DNA of 64,000 nt from Alphaproteobacteria bacterium. Lineage in GTDB: Bacteria > Pseudomonadota > Alphaproteobacteria > JAQWUY01. This document shows positions 57,290 through 64,000 of the stretch, one piece after another. Below the pieces are notes generated by a model. The model was not told where the DNA came from and did not search any database. It saw nothing but the letters and a program-made list of their open reading frames with translations. The stretch is taken from NCBI GenBank assembly GCA_965276005.1, contig OZ254962.1:2564455-2628454 (forward strand), in the 5' to 3' direction. The translations under genes were made by a program, and so were the position numbers. Within the stretch, counting starts at the first letter, position 1, and each line of letters starts with the position of its first letter.

Positions 57290-58168
57290 GTGGGGTATGT
57301 GAAGCAAGATAACTTTTTATACAAAATAAACGCCCAAATGGCAACTATGAGCAAATCGGAAAAGTCTGTGGCTTCGACGATTTTGCAAAACCCTAGTGCG
57401 GTCATTAACATGAATATGGCGACTTTGGCGGATATTAGTAATGTATCCGAACCCACTGTGGTACGGGTGTTTAATGGCTTGGGGTTTAAAAAGTTTCACG
57501 ACTTCAAAATCCATTTGGCACAGGCGATTGTACCGATGGCACCGTTTCGCTATGAACAAGTGGACAAAAACGACACCATTGACGATGTGATAAAAAAAAC
57601 CTGTAACAATTCGATCAATGCTATTCAAATGGCAGAGCATGAATTCGACAGCACCGATATTAAACATGTGGTAACCGCTATTGGCAAGGCAAGGTTTGTC
57701 GGTATTTTGTCATCTGGATTGACGGAAATAGTCGCCTTAGACGCAGAACACAAATTCAGCCGCTTGGGGATTCGTTGTTCAACGGTGTTACGAGCCACCC
57801 AACAGCTGATTCTCAGTAAAAATGTCAATGCACACGATGCGTTGATGATTATATCCCAATCGGGTACCACCCGACGGCTGGTGGAAGTAGCGGAAATTGC
57901 CAAACAGCACGGCTGTACAATCATTTGTATCACCGCCCCCGATAGTCCGCTGGCACGATTGTGTGATTATTCGATTAAGGTGACTCCATATGACCGTATT
58001 GAAACCATGACGCCGCTCAGTTCACGGTTCATCCATCACATTTTGGTAAATATTTTGGTGGCATCCGTTGCCATCAGTAAAGGGTCGGACACCCCAGACC
58101 AATTGCCCGCCCTTGATTCATGGATCGACAACAAAATTCCACTTTCGACAAGGAGACAAACCCTATGA
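57290..58168 (+). CDS. RpiR/MurR-family transcriptional regulator (HTH + SIS domain)
   Basis: N-terminal HTH, SIS sugar-isomerase domain. Confidence 0.8.
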   Translation: MGYVKQDNFLYKINAQMATMSKSEKSVASTILQNPSAVINMNMATLADISNVSEPTVVRVFNGLGFKKFHDFKIHLAQAIVPMAPFRYEQVDKNDTIDDVIKKTCNNSINAIQMAEHEFDSTDIKHVVTAIGKARFVGILSSGLTEIVALDAEHKFSRLGIRCSTVLRATQQLILSKNVNAHDALMIISQSGTTRRLVEVAEIAKQHGCTIICITAPDSPLARLCDYSIKVTPYDRIETMTPLSSRFIHHILVNILVASVAISKGSDTPDQLPALDSWIDNKIPLSTRRQTL

Positions 58169-58887
58169 CAAACAATACTCTAACACAACAGGATTTAGCA
58201 AAAATAGCCGCCGGCAAAGCGGTTATCGACAGGTTCATTAAAGACGGTATGACACTGGGATTGGGATCTGGTACCACATCGCACTTTTTTGTCCGCACAC
58301 TTGGCGAAATGATACAACAGGGCATACTTAAAAACCTGACCTGTACCGCCACCTCGAACAGCACGGTTAAAGTTGCCAGTGAAGTGGGGATAGCCATAAC
58401 CGATGTCAATCATATGGGAAAAATTGATGTGACCATCGACGGTCCCGACGAAATTGATAAAAATTTATACATGATTAAAGGCGGTGGGGCGTGCTTGTTG
58501 TGGGAAAAGATAGTCGCCCATGCGTCCGATACTATGATAACCATTTGCGATGAAAGCAAATGGGTCGATACCTTAGGGGCGTTCCCCCTACCGGTGGAAG
58601 TGGTGCCATTCGGTTGGATGCAAACCCAAAACCGCATCGCCGAAATATTACAAAAACACCATATCACCCCAGAAAAAATTGTCCGTAGAGGCGGCGATAA
58701 TCCGCTTGTTACCGACAGTGGCAATTATATATTAGATTGTCATTGCCATGTTATCCCCCGTCCCGCCGATGTGGAAAAAGACCTAAACAACATCGCCGGC
58801 GTGGTAGAAAACGGACTGTTCACCCGTGAAGCAGCCGGCGTGGTGACCGCCCGTTTTGACGGTACCATCGATATAGTGATGAGGTAA
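58165..58887 (+). CDS. rpiA: Ribose-5-phosphate isomerase A
   Basis: AAGGAG RBS; GMTLGLGSGTT motif; ATGA overlap with rpiR. Confidence 0.85.
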   Translation: MTNNTLTQQDLAKIAAGKAVIDRFIKDGMTLGLGSGTTSHFFVRTLGEMIQQGILKNLTCTATSNSTVKVASEVGIAITDVNHMGKIDVTIDGPDEIDKNLYMIKGGGACLLWEKIVAHASDTMITICDESKWVDTLGAFPLPVEVVPFGWMQTQNRIAEILQKHHITPEKIVRRGGDNPLVTDSGNYILDCHCHVIPRPADVEKDLNNIAGVVENGLFTREAAGVVTARFDGTIDIVMR

Positions 58888-59020
58888 TCTGTACTGTGGG
58901 TAAGGCTATGCCCTTGCTTATGGGACTGCTTATAAAAATTTAGGTCGCCACAGCCCGTAAAAAATCTTTTAAAAACGGATAATGTACTGTATATAATATA
59001 CGGTGTAAAGAATTTTAAGG

Positions 59021-59647
59021 ATGTATATGTTAAAGCGATGGTTTGATGTTATAGTGGCTGCGGGGGCGTTGATTGTATTTTCGCCTTTGATGGCGGTGTG
59101 TGCGGTTACCATATACCTTACCGAAGGGCGACCGATTTTGTTTTGTCAAACCCGTGTTGGCAAGGGCTGTAAGGCGTTTACTATGGTAAAGTTTCGCACC
59201 ATGTCGGTTGTGCACAATTGTGATGGTGTATCGGATATGGGATCAGATAAACGGATTACAACGGTGGGCAGGGTGTTACGCCAAACCAAACTCGATGAAT
59301 TGCCGCAACTGTGGCATGTGTTGTGGGGGGAAATGTCGTTGGTCGGTCCCCGTCCAGAATTGCTGTATTGGATGGACATATACCCGCATCCAGATATTTG
59401 GCAACGGGTGTATTCTGTAAGACCGGGGATTACCAGTATGGCGTCGTTGGTGTATCGCCATGAACACGATATTTTATCACAACAACAAAACCCGCAACAT
59501 TATTATGCAACGGTTATATTACCTGAAAAACTATCGTTGGATGTACAGTACGCACAACGGCATAATCTGTGGTATGATGTGGGGGTGATATATAAAACCG
59601 TACGGGCGGTGCTTGGCAAACAGTATACAAACAGGGATACAGTATAA
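59021..59647 (+). CDS. Small monotopic phosphoglycosyl transferase (bacterial sugar transferase, PglC/WecP-like)
   Basis: LKRWFDVIVAAGALIVFSPLM...DELPQLWHVLWGEMSLVGPRP. Confidence 0.85.
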   Translation: MYMLKRWFDVIVAAGALIVFSPLMAVCAVTIYLTEGRPILFCQTRVGKGCKAFTMVKFRTMSVVHNCDGVSDMGSDKRITTVGRVLRQTKLDELPQLWHVLWGEMSLVGPRPELLYWMDIYPHPDIWQRVYSVRPGITSMASLVYRHEHDILSQQQNPQHYYATVILPEKLSLDVQYAQRHNLWYDVGVIYKTVRAVLGKQYTNRDTV

Positions 59648-60798
59648 TGCAACAGATACCATATTTTAAATTGTCGCTTGCGGGTAAAGAACTAGACTTG
59701 GTGTCTGATGTCATACAAAGCGGCTGGTTGACTACGGGGAAGTATGTGTTGCAGCTGGAACAATTGATGCAACAATTGACGGGGGCAAAACATGCGTTGG
59801 CGGTAAATTCCTGTACTTCCGCATTGCATTTAGCCTTGGATGCGGTGGGCGTAACACGGGGGGATACGGTGTTGGTGCCCAGTTTAACTTTTACCGCTTC
59901 TGCAGAGGTTATTCGTTATTTGGATGCCACTCCTGTATTGATGGATTGTGATTATGATAGCCGTTTGGTGACTCCTGAAATACTAGAGGCAAGTTTACAG
60001 CAATACCCCCATGCAAAAGCGGTAATACTGGTGCATTATGCGGGACACAGCTTGGATATGGATGCGATTATACCCCTGTGCCGGCAATATGATGTAAAAG
60101 TTGTTGAAGATGCTGCCCACGCCTTGCCCTGTCGATATGGGGATAACATAGTGGGGAATATGGGTGATATTACTTGTTTTAGTTTTTATGCCAATAAAAC
60201 CATGACTACGGGCGAAGGCGGTATGGTTACCACTAATGATGACACATATGCCCGTCGTATGTCGGTGATGCGTTTGCATGGGATTGATAGGGATGTGTGG
60301 GATCGTTTTACATCGGACAAGCCTAAATGGGAATACGATGTGATTGCCCCGGGGTATAAATATAATATGCCCGATATAAATGCGGCGGTGGGGGTGGCTC
60401 AATTTGAAAATCTGCACACTATGCGGGTGGGGCGTCAGCGGGTGGCACAGCGGTATTTTGATAACTTATCCGCTTGTGATGTATTGGATGTGCCAAAAAT
60501 TTCTGTGCCTATGTCCTATCATGCGTGGCATATTTTTGCGGTGGTGGTACAATCGTATACTATCACCCGTGCTCAAGTTATCGAGCGGCTACAATCCCGT
60601 GGGATTGGCACGGGTGTGCATTACAAGCCGTTACATCAATTGCACTATTATAAACACATGTACAGGTTGCAAGCCTGTGATTTTCCCCACACGGAAAAGT
60701 ATTGGCAAGGGTGTATATCGCTGCCCATATACGATGCGTTAACAGATGCACAAGTGGATTACATCTGTGATACAATTAAGGATATTTTAGCCGTATGA
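59647..60798 (+). CDS. DegT/DnrJ/EryC1-family PLP aminotransferase (UDP-4-amino-sugar; PglE/WbpE-like)
   Basis: Family sequence with SFYANKTMTTGEGG PLP-Lys region. Confidence 0.9.
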   Translation: MQQIPYFKLSLAGKELDLVSDVIQSGWLTTGKYVLQLEQLMQQLTGAKHALAVNSCTSALHLALDAVGVTRGDTVLVPSLTFTASAEVIRYLDATPVLMDCDYDSRLVTPEILEASLQQYPHAKAVILVHYAGHSLDMDAIIPLCRQYDVKVVEDAAHALPCRYGDNIVGNMGDITCFSFYANKTMTTGEGGMVTTNDDTYARRMSVMRLHGIDRDVWDRFTSDKPKWEYDVIAPGYKYNMPDINAAVGVAQFENLHTMRVGRQRVAQRYFDNLSACDVLDVPKISVPMSYHAWHIFAVVVQSYTITRAQVIERLQSRGIGTGVHYKPLHQLHYYKHMYRLQACDFPHTEKYWQGCISLPIYDALTDAQVDYICDTIKDILAV

Positions 60799-62672
60799 AA
60801 AATGTGTTGCACAGCATGTCCGTTTCGCCCCGTGTCAATAAAACCATTTTGTTGATATGTGCAGATGTGTTGGTGGCGTCGATGGGCTGTTATCTGTCGT
60901 TTGCCTTGCGGTATATGAACGGATTGTTTGAGACCCGCTATGATGTGTTGCTGTCGTCATTTTTGATTGCCCCAGCGTTGATGGTTGTATCGTTGTTTGT
61001 CCGCCGAGTGTATGCGTTTTCTATTCGCAGTCTTGGGCAACGGGAAATTTGGGTGATTATCCAATCGGTGGGCGTGGCTGTATTTGCGTGGGGAACGGTG
61101 GTGTTATTGTTGCAATTATCGGTGCCCCGATCGGTTATTTTGATTTACGGTTTTGTCAGCGTATGTGGTGTGTTGGGGGTGCGTTTTACAATGGCATCTA
61201 TTTTGCGGACATACGATCCCGTACATGGCAGTATTGCCAAATCCAGAAACGCCATACGGGTGTTAATTTACGGTGCGGGCGTTGCTGGGCGGCAGTTGTT
61301 GGACGACTTGCACAAGGGCAACGAATACGACCCGATTGCCATTGTAGACGATGACAAACAGCTACAAGGGGTGAGTATATCTGGGGTAAAGGTATATCCG
61401 CCCGCAGCCATCAAAAATCTTATCGAGTTTAAACAGATACAATATATTTTGTTGGCTATACCGTCTATGTCTGTACGGGATAGAAAACGCTTGTTACAGG
61501 CGTTGGAACACTATAATGTGGTGATTAAGGTACTGCCCAGTGTGGCGGATATTATCGGCGGCAAGGCAACCGTATCGGCGGTGCGGGAAGTGGATGTGGT
61601 CGATTTGTTGGGACGGGAAGAAATTCCTCCTGTGGGCGATTTATTACACCGTGATATTACCGATAAAACCGTGTTGGTGACTGGGGCAGGGGGCAGTATT
61701 GGCAGTGTCCTATGTGAAAAAATTGTGCGACAAAACCCGAAAAAAATTGTTGTGTTCGACAGCTGTGAATACGCTTTATATACGGTAGAATGCACCCTAA
61801 ATAATATATATCCAAATGGGAAAGTGGTGGCGGTTTTGGGCAATGTGTGTGATATGCAGACGATGGATAGGGTGCTTGCCACATATCCCATCGATACCAT
61901 GTACCATGCGGCGGCGTACAAGCATGTACCGATTGTGCAGAACAATCCGTTTGTCGGTATGTATAACAATGTGATGGGTACCCACACGGTGGTACAATCG
62001 GCGGTCGACCACAAAGTGGGCTGTTTTGTCTTGGTATCGACCGACAAAGCGGTACGCCCCACCAATATTATGGGGGCAAGTAAACGCATGGCGGAAGTTG
62101 TGGTACAAGCCTATGCGGAAAATTTCGGTGCAGTGACTCGCTTTTCTATGGTGCGATTTGGCAATGTATTGGGATCCAGCGGATCGGTTATTCCCCTGTT
62201 TCGGCAACAGATTCAACAGGGGGGACCTGTAACCGTTACCGACCCGGAAGTCAGCCGATTCTTTATGACCATACCAGAGGCGGCAAACTTGGTTATCCAA
62301 GCCGGTGCTATGGGCAGTACGGGCGATGTGTTTGTCCTCGATATGGGCGATAGGGTTAAGATTATCGATTTAGCGGAAAAAATGATAACGCTGGCGGGGT
62401 TGCGACCGTATGAAGATATTGCCATTACCTATACGGGGTTACGACAAGGGGAGAAGATGTATGAAGAATTGCTACTGGGCAATGACATTCAGCCCACCAA
62501 CCACCCCCGTATCAGTCGAGTTTACGAAAAGCACATGACATATGAGGCTTTATCACAGGTGTTAAAGGATATACAAGCCTGTGTCGATGGCTGTGATATG
62601 CACAGATTACAATCCATATTGACAACATGCGTAGACGGGTATACATATAACAGCGGATATACAAACGGATAA
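60795..62672 (+). CDS. Membrane-anchored UDP-sugar 4,6-dehydratase (PglF/WbpM/CapD family)
   Basis: N-terminal TM domain; VLVTGAGGSIGS Rossmann motif; YAASK; 625 aa. Confidence 0.9.
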   Translation: MKNVLHSMSVSPRVNKTILLICADVLVASMGCYLSFALRYMNGLFETRYDVLLSSFLIAPALMVVSLFVRRVYAFSIRSLGQREIWVIIQSVGVAVFAWGTVVLLLQLSVPRSVILIYGFVSVCGVLGVRFTMASILRTYDPVHGSIAKSRNAIRVLIYGAGVAGRQLLDDLHKGNEYDPIAIVDDDKQLQGVSISGVKVYPPAAIKNLIEFKQIQYILLAIPSMSVRDRKRLLQALEHYNVVIKVLPSVADIIGGKATVSAVREVDVVDLLGREEIPPVGDLLHRDITDKTVLVTGAGGSIGSVLCEKIVRQNPKKIVVFDSCEYALYTVECTLNNIYPNGKVVAVLGNVCDMQTMDRVLATYPIDTMYHAAAYKHVPIVQNNPFVGMYNNVMGTHTVVQSAVDHKVGCFVLVSTDKAVRPTNIMGASKRMAEVVVQAYAENFGAVTRFSMVRFGNVLGSSGSVIPLFRQQIQQGGPVTVTDPEVSRFFMTIPEAANLVIQAGAMGSTGDVFVLDMGDRVKIIDLAEKMITLAGLRPYEDIAITYTGLRQGEKMYEELLLGNDIQPTNHPRISRVYEKHMTYEALSQVLKDIQACVDGCDMHRLQSILTTCVDGYTYNSGYTNG

Positions 62673-62701
62673 CCACATATAAACAAGGGATATTTCAGGG
62701 T

Positions 62702-63187
62702 ATGATTTTTCGCAACACCCACAGTGCGGATCGCCAGCGTATAGAACAGCTGGTTAAAGTGCATTTTCCCCCCAATCGGGACAATCGAGCGGTTGCAATG
62801 ATTCGACACCACCGCTTGCCGATTGCCGCATATTCGGTTGTTGCCGAACAACATACTCTGGTTGTGGGTAGTATCGATTTTTACCATGTGCTGTTGCCCA
62901 GCGGGGCATTGGTGCCGTTGCTCGGTCCGGTGGTGGTCGATGTGGATCACCGCAACAAGGGACTTGGGCGGGCGTTGGTCGAACACGGGTTGCAGCAAAT
63001 TGCCGGTCGAGAAGATGGGGTTTTAATTGTCGGTGTCGAGGACTATTACAGGCACTACGGATTTAACATCACATGTACCAAAAACCTCACCTTACAAGGG
63101 GAAATCACCCCGTTTGTGTTTATGGGGCTGGAGTTTGAAAGCGGGGTGTTTGCCCGTGAAAAAGGTATGGTGACTAAGCCCATATAA
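62702..63187 (+). CDS. GNAT-family N-acetyltransferase
   Basis: VVDVDHRNKGLGRALVEHGL motif A. Confidence 0.7.
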   Translation: MIFRNTHSADRQRIEQLVKVHFPPNRDNRAVAMIRHHRLPIAAYSVVAEQHTLVVGSIDFYHVLLPSGALVPLLGPVVVDVDHRNKGLGRALVEHGLQQIAGREDGVLIVGVEDYYRHYGFNITCTKNLTLQGEITPFVFMGLEFESGVFAREKGMVTKPI

Positions 63188-63223
63188 ACACAAAAATATC
63201 ATGTTATACAAAGGGGGATTACT

Positions 63224-64000
63224 GTGAAAACCGCATATTGGGACTATGTGTATATTGGCGGATTGTCGTTTTTGTTTATGGTGCTGTTTTTAGGCGACAG
63301 CCGGGCGTTATCGCTGCCCGATGAGGGGCGGTATGTGGGTATAGCGGTGGAAATGCTGCGTAATAACGATTGGGTGGTACCCCGTTTAAACGGAGTGCAG
63401 TACCTATATAAACCACCGTTGTTTTATTGGTTAAATGCGTTGTCGATCGCTCTGTTTGACAATGTGGTATGGGCATCACGGTTTGTGCCTATGTTTATAT
63501 CGTGGTCTACTATTATGATGACCTTGTGGTTTGGCAGGCGGTTTTTTAACCGCACTGTTGGCAATGTGGCGGCGGTGTTTTTAAGTCTGTCGTTTATGTG
63601 GTATGTCGGTGGGCGGTCGATAAACTTAGATATGACGGTAGCGGCGTTTATGGTGATGGCATTTTATATGTATTTTTCTGCTGTATATGAAAAAAATCCC
63701 AGCCGCCAAGCGGTTTTTGCCTATGCTATGTACATATTTATAGCGGCGGCGGTGCTGACCAAAGGGTTTATGGGTATTGTCTTAACAGGCGGGGTGTTTT
63801 TTGTCCATGTGCTGTGTACCAATGGTTGGAAATCGCTGTTAAAGATGCGGTTAATCAGTGGGATTATACTGGTACTGGTACTTGTGCTGCCGTGGCATAT
63901 ACTGATGTATCAAGCCAATCCCCAATGGTTTGATTTTTATATTATACGGGAACATTTTTCTCGGTTTTTTACCACTGTACACAACCGCTATCAACCGTGG
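63224..64000 (+). CDS. GT39/ArnT(PMT)-family polyprenyl-phosphate-sugar glycosyltransferase, 5' part (runs off the window; GTG start after a GGGGG RBS)
   Basis: Open frame 63224 to the window end; VKTAYWDYVYIGGLSFLFMVLFLGDSRALSLPDEGRYVGIAVEMLRNNDWVVPRLNGVQYLYKPPLFYWL is the canonical N-terminal GT-C loop of ArnT/PMT enzymes. Confidence 0.75.
   Translation, partial: MKTAYWDYVYIGGLSFLFMVLFLGDSRALSLPDEGRYVGIAVEMLRNNDWVVPRLNGVQYLYKPPLFYWLNALSIALFDNVVWASRFVPMFISWSTIMMTLWFGRRFFNRTVGNVAAVFLSLSFMWYVGGRSINLDMTVAAFMVMAFYMYFSAVYEKNPSRQAVFAYAMYIFIAAAVLTKGFMGIVLTGGVFFVHVLCTNGWKSLLKMRLISGIILVLVLVLPWHILMYQANPQWFDFYIIREHFSRFFTTVHNRYQPW

Noticed and set aside
1-64000. Insertion sequences, integrases, tRNA or rRNA genes
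   Set aside because: No transposase/integrase-like translations, no terminal inverted repeats with target duplications, and no tRNA-like cloverleaf candidates were spotted in the few intergenic gaps. The gaps are mostly under 300 bp.

Overview
This 64-kb window looks like a bacterial chromosomal segment, probably proteobacterial, with some alphaproteobacterial gene-order signatures (Rrf2-sufBCDS-sufT-sufA, thiOSGE, tandem MlaD-like genes plus a DUF2155-like gene, TctCBA). Housekeeping operons (suf, thi, class Ia ribonucleotide reductase nrdAB, a tripartite tricarboxylate transporter, a sugar ABC transporter, aldehyde dehydrogenase/HAD/rpiR/rpiA, a pgl-like amino-sugar module) are interspersed with accessory material. 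The most unusual content is two paralogous giant secreted proteins (<1..7717, N-terminus outside the window; and 31082..36322). The second carries an N-terminal two-partner-secretion (TPS) domain with the NPNGI motif, followed by integrin-like FG-GAP beta-propeller repeats instead of canonical FHA beta-helix repeats. Both share a beta-helix-like module and a novel ~95-aa C-terminal domain behind a Gly/Ala/Ser linker. Gene 2 is preceded by a subtilisin-family lipoprotein (analogous to Bordetella SphB1), a DUF1640-like coiled-coil repeat protein, a T15 homopolymer tract and a promoter. No TpsB transporter lies in the window. Other accessory islets are: an AbiEi-like gene, a truncated AbiEii fragment and an orphan Type I hsdS (15.3-17.2 kb); a Type II R-M pair (beta-class SPPY methyltransferase plus a PD-ExK ORF) inserted between nrdB and a glutaredoxin-like gene; an 88-bp triplication of the nrdA/nrdB junction; a RelE/ParE-XRE toxin-antitoxin pair; a candidate 24-aa membrane peptide gene flanked by two bidirectional terminators; and a four-copy GGTC-N8-GACC direct-repeat array upstream of the subtilisin gene. 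I could not identify any rRNA, tRNA, CRISPR array or transposase by eye. All calls rest on motif recognition in the supplied translations; no database search was possible.
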